DNA of 62,495 nucleotides, filler included, from Jimgerdemannia flammicorona (Eukaryota), in the NCBI GenBank assembly GCA_003990765.1. It is 3 parts of 3 records of this genome, joined end to end, with 100 filler letters (N's around TTAATTAATTAA, not from the genome) between each part and the next. Parts side by side here need not be neighbours in the genome. Positions count along the whole stretch, not along the records: positions 20,872 to 41,638 come from RBNJ01001593.1; 2 more parts are not named here. One strand, 5' to 3'. This document shows, in pieces, positions 23,855 to 36,921 of this stretch; the stretch's first letter is position 1; every line of letters starts with the position of its first letter. The notes beneath the pieces were generated by a model. It ran no database searches and was not told the DNA's origin. It saw nothing but the letters and a program-made list of their open reading frames with translations. The position numbers and the translations under genes are program-made.

Positions 23855-26800
23855 TCAAACAATGCCCTGTGGACTCAACTCTCCCCCCTCGACCCCCCTC
23901 TGCCTGAGCACCACCCAATTACCCACTACCCGAATCCTCCCACCACTCTTCTGGGAGATACACTGCACCAAACCCCAGTGGTGTCCCCCACCCAACCCCC
24001 AACCTCGCCACCAGCCATTCGAAATGTCCAATAGCAACCATTCCCAATGCGCCACCTTGTCCCCAACCCCAACCCGACGCCCTTCCTCAAAGACATGAAC
24101 CCAATGCCCTACCAACCCAATCTATATGGCCAAAGCCCAACCAAGGGTCAGCCATTCATCCCTAACCCCACCCACCAGTCGCCGGTGGAGCTCTCCCCAT
24201 CTCCCCCCTCCCTCTCCTTCCAAGGCACTCAGCTCAACCCTGTCCATAATACATCTCCAAAATGCCTCCAAACCCTCACACTCGCCAAGCCAATGTTCAG
24301 GCGTTTGTACCACTCCCCCCTCCTGGCCAACATTGAAACACTCCTTGCACTCGAATACACCACCATCCACCAAGTATCCAGACCGATAGTTCAGCATCAC
24401 ATTCCACCATAGGACCCACCACCACACCCCCCAGAACTTGGGGGGCAGCCACTGCCTCACCCTTTTGCTCCAAAGCCAGAGCCCATGCCAGTCCCACTCC
24501 TCACCAATTCCAACCCTCTGCCAGGCTTCGGGCCACAGGTCTCCTCCTAGGCCTTGCAGACACTCCAGCCCCTCACCAAGCTGAAAGCTCTCCACTGGAA
24601 CACCACCCAGTAGAAGCCTGTCCCACCACCACATCTGCAGTCCCCAATCCTCCTCAGCCTCATCACCTCCCCACCGAAGTCCAATTTTCTTAGTGCCATC
24701 CACCACCCCCCACCAGAAGCCCATAAACCGCATCTTCCTGCTCCCCTCCATGGCCACCATCACGAGCAGGTCACCTGAGGCACCACGTGGGGAGTACCGA
24801 ACCTCCCACAACCTCTGCATGAGTGGCACCCACTCCCGACCCTGAAGCTCACTTGCCCTGCGCAACCACCAAGCTCTCAGGCACAGAAGCCACTTAATAA
24901 AGTCCACTAAGCCCAGCCTACCTCTGTCTAAGGGCAGTGTGAGTACCTCCCAACCAATCTGGCTGTGCTGCCCTCCCCAGATCCATGACCTAGCCATCTT
25001 CAACAACCCCTTGACCACCCAAGATGGGAAATCCAAATGATATCCCACATACCACAGCTTCAGCATCCAATATACATTCAGCACCATCACCCTTCTGGCG
25101 AGGGACATAGGCTGGCCTCCCCAATGCAGCAGAACATTTCCCCACTCCAGAAGCTGATGGTCCCACCAAGTCCAGGGAAGCAGAGACCTGAATACCGAGA
25201 AGTAGATCCCCAGATAACATACTGGTTCACCAGCTGGTACCACTGTCCCCATGACCTCACCACCAATAATGCCAGCACCCAGCACCATGGCCTCGCATTT
25301 GTGCCAGTTAAGTTTAGCACCAGAACCCCTCTCATACCATTCCACAGACCACTGTAACTCCCCCACATCCCCCAAGGAGCCCAGCCCGACTACCATATCA
25401 TCAGCAAAGGCCCCCACCTTCCAATTAATCCCTAAAATGTCCAAACCCCCAATCCACCGCCGAATCCTATCCAGTAGAGGCTCCAGGGACAGGGCATACA
25501 ATATGGGCAACAACAGGTCCCCTTGCAGTACCCAACGTCCCAGGGGAAAGGTCTCCCCCCTGTGGCCATTGATGACTAGTGCTGCCTGACTGTCCTCCAG
25601 GAGGCCAATCAAAGATCCACGAAACCCTGGGGGAATGCTGATTCGTTTCAGCACTCCCTCCAACCATATCCTCCACACCCTATTATAGGCCTTCTCTTGA
25701 TCCAGAAACACCAATCTGCCATCCACCCCTGCCACCCAGGCACCTTCAATCACACCATGAACCCAAGCTGTCCCATCTCGAATCAATTGACCACCGACAA
25801 ACCCACACTGCTCCCCACCAAGTACCTGCTGAGCAATTCCCTGCAGTCTCATCACCAAGATCTTCATCACCAGTTTGTGGTCCATGTTGAGAAGCATAAT
25901 TGGCCGCCAGTTCTTCCAGTCCTCCCGCCTCCCCTTATTCTTGTAGAGCAAGGAGACTAGCCCTAATCTCTGTCCCCCAATCCAAGCACCAGACTGAAGA
26001 ACTCCATTGCACATAGCAGCCATTTCCTTTAGCACCTTGCCCACTCCAGCCATCTTCTGCCAAAAATCCCAGGGAAGGCCATCCTCTCCCAGGGCTGTCC
26101 CCTTACTCATTGAAGCCACAACCCTGCAGATTTCCTCACCATTCACCAGGTCCCCCAATGCCCCAAGTCCCACAGCAGAGCTCGGGTGCCAATCCCCCAG
26201 CTGTCTTGCAATGTCCAGAGCATCTATTCTGCCTTCCTCCTCACTCCATAGATTCTCCCACCGAGTTCTCAATAGGCTCAGAATTGCTGGGGTCCCCACC
26301 ACCAGCTCACCATCCTCATCCAGAACTCCCTCCCACTGCTGTTTCGTGTGTCATGCCTATAACAACCATGACAAAAACCGAGTAGGCCTCTCCCCCTCCT
26401 CAAGCCCCTGCCATCACAGGTGGGCCACCATTCCCTGCATCTCCACCTCCTCCTCTCTTCGCAACACTCCTTTAAGCTCCTTGACCTCCTGCCGGATTCT
26501 CACAATATGCCAATCAGACACATCCCCATTATCCAGCACACCTGCCCATCTCTTCATGAGTGCCACCAGATGCTGCAAGGCCCACAGCACCCTCTGCCTT
26601 CGCTGAGCACACTTTTCTTTCCCTGCCTCCCTCCAATACCCCTGAGCATTCACCTTCAGTCATCTCCAGCGGTCTGCAATCCCAAGGCCACATTCCTGCC
26701 ACCTACCAATATTTCCCACCACCTCCATCTCCCAATTCTCCCACAACACCCTGTCCTCCAATAAGGAAGAATTTAGCCACCAATGTCCAGGCCCATCCAC

Positions 26801-27516
26801 ATTTCCCCCAAACCTCCCCCCTCCCAGCAGCCCCCAGTGATCAGACCACAGACACCATACTACTTCCAGCACCGCCCAGACATCCACTCCCCAACACTCT
26901 GCTGTCAGGACCCAGTCAATCCTAGAGCCCAGCCCTGCCATCCAGTGGGTGTACACCCCCGCTCAGCCCAAAAAGGTCTACCTGAGTCTACCAAAGAACA
27001 CAACCTCTCTGTCTCCAACCAGTCTCCCAACCCACCACTTTCACCCCGCATGCCTCTCCCACCATCTGTTCTGTCCAACACCTTATCCCATACCACGTTG
27101 AAGTCACCCCCCATACAGTCCAGCCCAACTCCTTCCAATACACCAGCCTCCTTCAATCTGCAAATCCAATCCACCCTCTCCCCTCTCTCAGCAGGGCAGT
27201 AACAAGACCCAACCATCAATGAGCCCCATCCAGGCCTCTTCCACCTTCCCCACACCACCCAAGACCCCCAATGTCCAATGTCCTCAATGACCCCCATCCC
27301 TTTCTGAATAAGAATACACACTTTCCCCCTCCATACTGCTGCGCCTCCCCATTCCTTAGTCCACTCCTGGAAGTCCACATCTGCCTCATAATGAACATCC
27401 TGTAACAAGAAGAGGTCTGCATCCAGTCCCTTAAGCCATCCAAATATATACTTCCTTCTGGCTGCCCCCCATAACCCATTAATGTTCAACGAGAATATCT
27501 TAGTTGTACTGTTCAT
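23855..27516 (-). pseudogene. LINE B ORF2: APE endonuclease, RT, zf-RVT
   Basis: FSLNINGL, LLQDVH, GGDFN, RIDWVL, SDH; WRPIMLL, DQEKAY, QGD, AFADD, YLG; CKEC...TPEHWLGEC. A few frameshifts and stops. Confidence 0.95.
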
Positions 27517-27546
27517 ATTGAAAAATGTTGCAATAGTGACCCCAGC

Positions 27547-29462
27547 CTAAAATTCCTTGCTCATCTCATCCCCAGCCAGATCCAAGCACTGTTCAGCTTC
27601 CAAGTCACCCTCTGCATTAGCCTGAGCATCCAGTGCCTCCAAGATTTCCTGACATTCTACCCCATCCACTACCTCCATATCCGATCTGTAGTCCAAGCAG
27701 ACTACACACCACTTCTCCAGTCCCTTCCTCCTGTTCCACAGGAAAAGCGCTCTGTCACTCGCAATCTTCCTAAGTTCCTCTTCCTGCTAATCATCAACCT
27801 GCTATTCAACTGACTCCAGGAGGACAGCCAGGATCTCATTCCTCATCTTCCTTGGCACCTCCTCTCCCCAAAGGATCTCCTCCCAATGCCTCTCTTCCAT
27901 CACCCTGAAATCCTCACCCCCCAGCTCCTCAGCCGCAACCCCTTCCAGGGTCTTCCACATCCACTTCTCCTCATCCACTGCCTCCGCCGCACACTGAGTG
28001 ATTTGTCCCCCATCCACCTCGGGGTCCACCAGCATGCTCCTCCTCATGGACTCATCCCACTCCTCATCTGGTACATCCAGCAGCTCCTCCTCCCCCTCAG
28101 CCCCACCTGCAACACTATACTGAGGGTGCGCACCCTCACCCATTTTGGTATCCACCTCCAAATCGCCTACCCTTTCCTCACCCACTCCAATCAGAGCCTT
28201 GCCCTGGGCCATTTCTCCCCCCTCAGCCCAGGTGCTCTCCTGCAACCCTGCCACTCCCTCTCCTGAGCTACCACCAGCCCAACCCCCACCCAACTTTACC
28301 AGCAGCTCCTTCTGGATTCTCCTCCCCTGCATCTTCTCCCAGGCCCCCTTCTCCATCCGAACCCTCTTTTCATCCATCTCCCCCACCACTGTCCTGGCCT
28401 CAAACTCTTTCCAGGCCAATCTCCTCCTCGCAACAGCCCCTTCCAGATCCTCCAGAGCCTCCAACAGGTCCTCCTCCTCCTCCTGGGTCCCCTTCACCCT
28501 CATGACCTTACACTCCACCAGTCCCCACCTCAGCATCGCCGGCCAGTCCCTTGACTTCCCCATATTCTCCTTCCTGGCCAGCCTCACCCTGACATCGACG
28601 TCACCAGTCTGAAGCTCCGTGCCCTCCCAGACCTTGAACCCAACATCTACAATCTCTCCATACTCCTTGATCACCTCCACAACCAACTCCCTGGTCCTCT
28701 CCTTTGACATGGTAGGGAGATCCAACACCATCAGCTACACCACTCTGGGGTTCCAACACATGCACCAGGCCATAGGGACCACAACCCCGCCCACCATCAC
28801 CCCCTTCTCCATGGCTGCCAACAAGGTGTCTTCCTTCTCAAACCCCACCTCAACCCCTTCCTTTCCCCTCAGAAACTTCACTGACACCGCTCCCTTAGCC
28901 TCTTGTACCACCAGCCCCAAAATAATCCTTGCTGTCACCACTAAGCCCTGGAAGCACATCATGACCACTATTCTGACCTCGATTTCTTGAGTAATGGGGC
29001 TGACACCATGCCTGTCACCCCATCTGCCAGGTCCCTGGGCCTCGTGCCCACTCCTATTCCGGAATTGCCAACTACTGTCATATCTGGATTTTTTGCCAGA
29101 TCCCCAGTCACAGCCCCATCAATAGTCACATCTCCAGCCCCTACTCCCACTCCTTCCCTACCACCAGAAGCTCCCCTGGGCACACCTCCCTGTCCCCCAG
29201 CAGCAGCCATCGAAGCCTTCCCCAGTCCCAGCCAGCCATCCAGCCCAGGAGCCATCCTCCCCATTCTGACCTTGTCAGCGAAGGTCGACCTCTCCCCTCC
29301 TCTCTGCCTCAGACTGCCCCTTCCTCTACTACCAGGGCCTCAGCTAGCCATTGAGGCCCCTGGCATCCCCAAACCATCTTCCCTCCTCCCCACCTGCTGC
29401 CAGCCAAAGGCGCTGTCACCCTGCTGGCCAGTATGCTCACCAGTTCCATTGTTGCCATCCAT
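27547..29462 (-). pseudogene. LINE B ORF1 (RRM-like region plus acidic helical C-terminus)
   Basis: Starts MDGNNGTGEH; contains VEVGFEKED, VLDLP and EYGEIVDV. One frameshift near 28970 and a few stops. Confidence 0.85.
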
Positions 29463-29746
29463 GTTGTTAGTTGTCGGACACCAAAAACGTTGTAAAAAGT
29501 ATTGTCTGAGTCTTGTGTCACCCGAATGGTACTGGTGAAAGCCGTTGGACTGGTGTTGCCAAGTTATCCATTGTTTCCAGTAAGTCTGAGAAGAATCCAC
29601 CACCGGTATTATTTCCAGTAAGAAGAACCCATACCATCCTCTATTCCCAGTAAGCCAAATCGAGTTATGTGCCAGAAATCACATACTTTTGGAGATCATC
29701 ATACTACACAGAGATTGTCATGCTACGCAAGAGATCGCCATGCAGA

Positions 29747-32700
29747 TACGACCTTTCACCAGTAACATTCAGGTGACACAAGATTTGGACAACACTTTCT
29801 GTGAAGTTTTTGGTGAAAAGCTACTATCAACAAAGCAAGCAACGAGCATACTGGTGGGCATGTCGGCCAGGGGGGCAGCCATGCCTTCGACTGGCAGCAG
29901 GTCGGGAGGAAACGAGGAGATGGTTTGGGGATGCCAGGGCCATCAGTGGTTGGCGGTGGCACTGGAGGTGGAGGAAGAGGTGGACTGAGGCAGCGAGGTG
30001 GGGGGAGGACAACCTTTGCTAACAAGGTCAGGATGGGGAAGATGGCAGCAGGGCTGGATGGTTGGTTGGGACTGGGGAAGGTGATGCTGGTTTCAGATAG
30101 AGGACAGTGAGGACCCCACATGGGAGCATCAGTCGGTATAGGGGGAGGGGGAGCAGGGGTTGGAGATATGACTGCTGATGGGGCTGTGACGGGGAATCTG
30201 GAAAAAAATCCAGATGTGACAGGGGTTGGTGGATCAGGACAGAAGGAGGGCATGAGCCCCGGGAACCTGACTGATGGAGTGATGGGTATAGTGTCAGCAC
30301 CATTACTCAAAAAGTCGAGGTCAGAATTTGCTATCATGTTGTGTTTCTGAGGCTTAGTGGTGACTGCAAGGATGATTCTGGGGCTGGTGGTGTAGGAGGT
30401 GAAGGGGGCAGCCACGGTCAAGTTCCTGAAGGGGAAGGAAGAGATTGAGGTTGGGTTTGAAGAAGAGGTGTCGATGCTGGAGGCTGTGGAGAAAGGGGTA
30501 GTAGTGGGCCGAGTGGTAGTCTCTATGGCAAGGTGCATGCGCTGGGACCCACGAGTAGTGCAGTTGATGGTGCTGGATCTTCCTACAATATCATGGGAGA
30601 GGGTCAGGGAGTTGATTGTGGAGGTGGTCAAGGAGTATAGGGATATCATCGATATCGGGTTCAAAGTCTGGGAGGGTACGGAACTTAGGACTGGAGATGT
30701 TGACATAAGGGTATGCTTGTTTGGTCGAGAGAACACAGGGAAGGCGAGGGACTGGCCGATGACACTTAAGTGGGGTCCAGTTGAGTGCAGGGTCTCCCAG
30801 GTGAAAGGGACGCTGGAGAGGAGGATTTGCTAGAGGCTCTTGAGGATCTGACAGGAGCTGTCGAGAGGAGACGATTGGCTTGGAAGGAGTACGAGGCCAA
30901 GACAGTGGTGGAAATTGTGGAAGGGAAGAGGATCAGGATAGACTGAGGAACCTGGGAGAAGATGCAGGGGAGGCGAATTCAGAAGGAGCTGCTGGAGAAA
31001 TTGGGAGGAGGCATGGTGGGAAGTGGAGAGGGAGGAGGTAGAGTAGGATCGAGGGAAAGTGACTGGGCTGGGGAGCCCAGAGCAGTTCAAAGGGTGGCCC
31101 AAGAGGTCCGTGGTGAGGGAAGGCAGGACAGCACGGTGGAGGATGCTGAAATGAGTGTAGAAGTACAGCCACAGTATGGGGTCCCTGGAGGAGCCAGAGG
31201 TGAGGAGGAACTTCTTGATATCCTGGAGGAGGAGTGAGATGAGTCAGGGAGGAGGATCGCATTGGTGGACCCGGTGGTTGAGGTGGAAGGGAGCACCCAG
31301 GGTGTCAAGGTGGAGGTGGAGGAGGAGAAGTGGTTGTGGAAGACTCTGGAGGGGGTGGCAGCTGAGGAGCTGGGAGGTGAGGACTTCCGGGTTATGAGTG
31401 ATAGGCACTGGGAGGAAATTCTGCAAGGTGAGGAGGTGCCAAAGAGGGTCCGGAATGAAATTCTGGCAGTGCTCCTGGAGTTGGTGGAGTATCAAGTCGA
31501 TGATCAGAGGGAGGAGGAACTTCGAGTGATTGCGAATGATCGAGCAGCTTACTTGTGGAACTCGAAGAAAGGGTTGGAGAAGTGGGGAGTAGTGTGCAAG
31601 GAGTATCAGACAGAATTAGAAGTGGTTGATGGGCAGAGTGCCAGGAAATCTTGGAGGCACTGAATGCGCAGGAGGTGATGGAGGATGAGTTGGAGGCTGC
31701 GTGGCACCTGGATCTAGAGGGGGACAGGAGGAGCATGGAATTCTAGATTGCGATATCTCTACCAAACATTATTCAATATGAACAGTACAACTAGAATCTT
31801 TTCTTTGAATGTCAATAGACTAAGGGGGGTGTCACGGCATAGAAATATCTTTAGCTGGTTGAAGGGTCTAGAGGCAGATCTCTTCCTATTGCAGGATGTA
31901 TGGTATGAGTCAGATGTGGACCTACTGGACTGGACTTGAGAATGGTGTGGGGCAGCAATATGGACTGGGCAGGTGGGAATCCTGGTTAGAAAAGGGATGG
32001 GGGACATTGGGGACAATGGACATTGGGGGAGTAGGCTGGTATGGAGAGTGTGGAGGAGGCCTGGTTGGAACGCTTTGACTGTTGGGTTGTGTTATTGCCC
32101 AGCTGAGAGAGGGGAATGCATAGATTGGATCAGAGACTTGTGAGAGGCAGGGATCTTGGGGGAAGCTGGGATAGATTGCCTGGGGGGTGACTTTAACATG
32201 GTGTGTAATAATGAGGTGGATAGGACTGATGGGGGGAGAGGACTACGAGGTAAAAGTGGAGGGCTGGAGGATTGGATAGAGGTGGAGAGGTTGTGTTCAT
32301 TGGTGGACTTGGGGTGACAGTTCTGGGTAGATCGCCAAATCTATACTCACTGGGTGGCAGGACTAGGATCCAGGATCGACTGGGTGCTAACAGTGGCATG
32401 CTGGGGAGTGGATGTCTGGACTATACTGGAGGTGGTTTGGTGCCCATGGTCTGATCACTGGGGACTAATAGGGAGTGGGAGATTTGAGGGAAGTGGGGAT
32501 GGGCCAGGACACTGGTGGCTCAACTTGTCTTTATTGGAGGATGGTTCTCTATGGACCGATTGGGAGATGGAGGCTACCAGGAAGATTATTAGATGGTGGG
32601 AGCAGGGATGGTTATTGGAGATCGATGGCAGAGGCTGAAGTCAAGTGCTCAGCAGTTCTGGAGGGAAGCAGGGAAAGGAAAGAGTGCACAAAGGTGGAGG

Positions 32701-35520
32701 CATGTACAATGGGCTTCACATAGATTGGTGGCACTTTTGGAGAAATGGGCAGGGTGGATAGAGGGTGAAGGAGTAGCAGATTGGCGAATTCTTTGGATAA
32801 AGAAGGAAATTGAAGAGCTGAAGGAGGTGCTGCAGAGGGAGGAAGAGAATCAGATAGATGGAATGGTGGCAAGACTGTGGTGGCAGGGGTTGGAGGAAGG
32901 GGAGCAACCTACTAAATTTCTCTCCCGGCTGCTCCAAGCATGGAGGACCAGGCAGTGGTGGGATAGTATCTTGGATGAGGATGGGGAGATAGTGGTGGGT
33001 TTGCCAGAAATACTGGGATTGCTGCGTAATCACTGGGGATGTTTATGGAGCAAGGAGGATGGAGGTGAGGATGCACTGAACATTGAACGGCAGTTGGAGG
33101 ACTGGCATCCGGACCCAGCTCTGGGACTGGGGACACTGGGAGAACTAGTATGAGGAGAGGAGGTGTGTAAAGTCCTGGCCGTGACAAGTAAAGGGACTGC
33201 ACTGGGAGAGGATGGACTTCCCTGGGATTTTTGGAAGAGGATGGTCAAGGTGGAAGGGGTCTTGGAGGAGGTGACTGCAATGTGTGATGAAGTTATTTGA
33301 TCTGGTGTCTGGATTGGGGGTCAGCGCCTAGGACTGGTCTCCCTGCTCTTTAAGGATAAGGGGAGGAGAGAGGATTGGAAGAATTGGCAACCAATCATGC
33401 TTCTTGACATAGACCGCAAGTTGGTGACAAAGATCTTGGTGAATAGACTATAGGGGATCGCTCAGCATATACTGAGAGTGGAGCAGCAAGGATTTGTTGG
33501 GGGTCGGTCGATCCAAGATAGGACTGCATGGGTCCATGGGGTGATTGAAGGAGCTCAGGCAGCTGGGGTTGATGGCCGGTTGGTTTTTCTGGACAAGGAG
33601 AAGGCATATGACAGAGTGAGGAGGGTCTGGCTGGAAGGTATACTGAGGTATATAGGAATCCTGGTGGATTTTCGGAGGTCATTAATCAGCCTATTGGAGA
33701 ACAGTCAAGCAGCTTTGGTAGTGAATGGACACAGGGGAATGAACTTCCCACTAGGTTGCGGAGTGCCACAAGGGGATCCTCTGTTACCTATCCTATATGC
33801 CCTGTTCTTGGAGCCCCTTCTGGACAGGATCCGGTGCCATATTGGGGGTTTGGACATTTTGGGGATTAACTGGAAGGTTGGAGCCTTCGCAGATGACATA
33901 GTGGTCAGTCTGGGTTCATTTGCTGATGTGGAGGAATTGTGTAGGACTGTGGAGTGGTATGAGAGGGGCTCGGGTGCACGACTCAACTGGCACAAATGTG
34001 AAACTATAGTACTAGGAAGGGAAATAGTTGGTGGGGAAGTAATTGGAACAGTAGTCCCTGCTGGAGAACTGGTCCAGTACTTGGGGATATATTTCTTGGT
34101 ATATGGGTCTGTCCTGCCTCATGCATGGTGGGAACAGCGGCTCCTGGTGTAGGGGAACATTCTCTTGAGGTGGGGTGGCCGGCATATATCCTTGGTGGGA
34201 AGGGTGATAGTGCTGAACATATATTGGCTGCCAAAGCTGTGGTATATGGGGTATTATCTGGATTTCCCTGCCTGGGTGGTCAAGCGGCTTCTGAAAATGG
34301 CAAGTTCATGGATCTGGGCAGGATGGTGGAGCCAAATTGGCTGGGAGGTTCTGTCGCTACCTGTTGACAGGGGTGGGCTGGGCTTGGTGGACTTGGACAA
34401 GCATCTACATTGCCTGAAAGCTTGGTGGCTGAAGAGGGCTAGTGAGTTGCATGGAAGGGAATGGGTGCCACTTATGCAGAGAGTGTGGGAAGTTCAGTAC
34501 TCCCCTCATGGCACGACTGGTGATCTGTTGGCACTGGTGGCTTTGGATGGTAGTTGAAAGATGTGCTATAAGGGGTTTTGGTGGGGAGTGGTGGACAGTG
34601 CAAGGCGAATAGGACTTTGATGGAGGGGCGATGAGGGGGAGGAAGAATGGGGACCACGGATGTGGAGATGGGACCGGTTGCTGCTGGGTGGTACTTTGGT
34701 AGAGGATTATCAGCTTGGCGATGGTATGGAATGTCTGATGGGTCTTGGGGGTGACATATGGCCTGAGTCTTGGCAGCGAGCTGGGATTGGAGAGGAGTGG
34801 GATTGGAATGGGGTCTGGCTTTGGAGCAAGCAGATGTCGCAGTGGCTTCCCCCCAAGTTCTGGGTGATATGGTGGAGGTTCTTGAGGCGGAATGTGATAC
34901 TGAACTATTGGTCAGGGCACTTAGTGCCTGATGGTATGTTTGAGTGTGAGGAATGCTTGAATGTTGGTCAGGAGGGGGGAGTGGTGCAGATGCCTGAACA
35001 TTGGCTTGGGGAGTGTGAAGTAATGGGGGACTTTGGGGACATTATTGCTAGTAGGTTGAGACTATAGCCTCTGTTGGAGGGGGAGGGGGGGAGATGGGGG
35101 AACCTTCGGCAGAGGTTAGTAGGTGGGGTTGGGGATGAATGGTTGACCCTGGGTTGGGCCCTGACAATCTGGGTAGAGATGGCTGGTCATTGGCTACGTG
35201 TCTTTGAGGAGGGCCAGGTGACTACCATTGTGGCGAGGGTGGCGTGCTGGAAATGGTTAACACTAGACACTTTGAATGGTTGGTGGCGAGGGTGGGGAGA
35301 GGGAGGGGGGAGCTGCCAGAAACTGGTGGAATGTATCTGCAAGAAGAGTGAGGAGAGAGTTCAGGTGGTGAGTGGATGGATTGTCCTTTGGTAGGGCGAG
35401 GGAGTGGGTGGGGAGGGGGATCCAAGGGGCATCAGTTAAAATGGATGAAGGCATTTATGTATTATCTATAGAATGTGCATAATAAAGAGAAGTCCGAGTG
35501 ACTGAGAAAAAAAAAAAAAA
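29747..35520 (+). mobile_element. Full-length L1/Tx1-like LINE (C)
   Basis: Perfect TSD gagatcgccatgcaga (29731-29746 and 35521-35536), AATAAA at 35481 and poly(A) at 35507-35520. ORF1 spans ~29832-31746. Confidence 0.96.
31778..35439 (+). pseudogene. LINE C ORF2 (endonuclease-RT-zf)
   Basis: MNSTTRIFSLNVN..., RIDWVL, SDH, GVPQGDPL, AFADD, CEEC...PEHWLGEC; multiple nonsense codons. Confidence 0.93.
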
Positions 35521-35819
35521 GAGATCGCCATGCAGAAATCGCATACTTTTGGAGACCGCCATCACTCAGGAAGGAAACTGCTCATGCTATATATGAAATT
35601 CTACCAATTCCCAGTTGACCCAAGAAGGAAACCCATTCACAAATTGCCACTACACTCAGATTGTGGATATCCAGCTTTGACTATTATACCACTAAACACC
35701 AAGGACCTCAGGAATCTTAGAACATTTTGTTGCTTTTTGACAAAGTAACTATGGGCTCAAGCCAAACTACATCAACCCCCAACCTTGTAATTTGCCTCCA
35801 TTGAGCTGGGCACATTACA

Positions 35820-36550
35820 ATAGATACAAATGATTATCAATAGAACATAGAAACAATTCGAAATTGATAGAGAAATACTAAAGAAAGGAAAGCTACTAGT
35901 TATTCTTGAATATAAGAAGAATCAAGTAATAAAATCAGTATATAAACTTGGCTATCTAAGAGGAACAAACATATATAAAAAGCAAGAAAAATAATATAGT
36001 GGCTAGGAATGGAGGAAGATATCAGATAATTTGTCAAGATCTGTGACAAATATCAGAAATAGAAACAAGACCAATAAAATCAGGCCCCAGAATTAGCACA
36101 CATAGAATCAGTACTCTTTATATATATTATAATAGATGTAATCAGCCCCCTACCCTTGACTTTGAATGGCAACTGATATATCATTGTTATCATAGACTTT
36201 TTCATAAAATGGATAGAGGCAGAACCCCTCAAAGAAACCAATATATTGTCAATTACTGATTTCTTCTACAAAGAAATCATCTGCTGATTCAAGACCTCAG
36301 CACAAGTAACCACAGACAGAGGAATAGAATTCATAAATCAGTTCTTTGACTCTACAAGAAGTATAAGATTCAGCACATTCAGACTATAGCCTATCATCTT
36401 CAGAAAAATAGATAAGTAGAAAGGACCAATAAGAACCTTAAGAATATTATCACTAAGATCTGTGATAACTATAAAAACTAAGACCACTATCTGCCAATAG
36501 TATTATCTGCTCTTCAGGATATTCAATTACAAAGTACCCATTTTATCTCT
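35820..36550 (+). pseudogene. Integrase fragment of an older, different Gypsy element
   Basis: WLGMEEDIR*FVKICDKYQK, IDVISPLP, IDFFIKWIEAEPL, TDRGIEF and VERTNKNLKN. Confidence 0.85.
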
Positions 36551-36553
36551 TGA

Positions 36554-36871
36554 ATATAGTTATGAAGGTAGTTCAAACTTCAGCAAAGTGGTCAGAGCTA
36601 CTTAACATTCATATGGATTAGCTGCTTAACCCTCATGCAGAATAGCTGCTTAATATTCATGTATTCATGTAGAATAAGCTGCTAAAACAATTATGTGGAA
36701 CATTTATACATTCCCCTATGCTAGTTTCAATTGGTTCCTTATGCTAAAAGCAACCTAGTTAGTACTAATTTCAGATAGATGCCATATAGTTCTTTTATAC
36801 AGTGACTGAGTATTTATCACATCTCAGCTCTCGCCACTTTTAGCAACTAAGCATATACTATGCCAGTAATC
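36554..36871 (+). repeat. Direct repeat A1 (A2 at 41156-41473)
   Basis: Near-identical copies that differ mostly by transitions, with internal ~24-bp gctRcttaaYattcatg tandem units. Confidence 0.9.
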
Positions 36872-36921
36872 GTTAGCAATCTCACAGTTCAATTTGTGCA
36901 TTTTTTCTTTTCCAATACACA

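Larger units (their letters stand above)
23756..29553 (-). mobile_element. Full-length L1/Tx1-like LINE (B), the least decayed copy
   Basis: Poly(T) at 23756-23787 and a 19-bp TSD tgYtgccaagttatYcatt (23739-23757 and 29554-29572); ORF1 and ORF2 present. Confidence 0.96.
20885..35819 (+). mobile_element. 3' half of Gypsy copy 2 (RNase H end, integrase, ORF3, 3' LTR split by two LINEs)
   Basis: Reverse-complement homolog of 531-3720. PPT AGTTGGGGCTGA at 22682-22693; the LTR ends CACATTACA at 35819. Confidence 0.92.
22694..35819 (+). repeat. 3' LTR of Gypsy copy 2 in three pieces (22694-23757, 29554-29746, 35521-35819)
   Basis: Homologous to the copy-1 LTRs. TATAAA at 22980, AATAAA at 23006, 18-bp tgtacagactctgtacac repeats and 9-bp ccaagttac repeats. 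Confidence 0.85.

Noticed and set aside
29756..30736. 326-aa antisense ORF over LINE ORF1, with counterparts at 28987-29538, 14660-15022 and 15234-16073 (an ORF0-like candidate)
   Set aside because: It is a Pro/Ser/Thr-rich shadow of a G-rich coding strand. The antisense frame has few Trp or Gln codons that can mutate to stops, and there is no conserved start.
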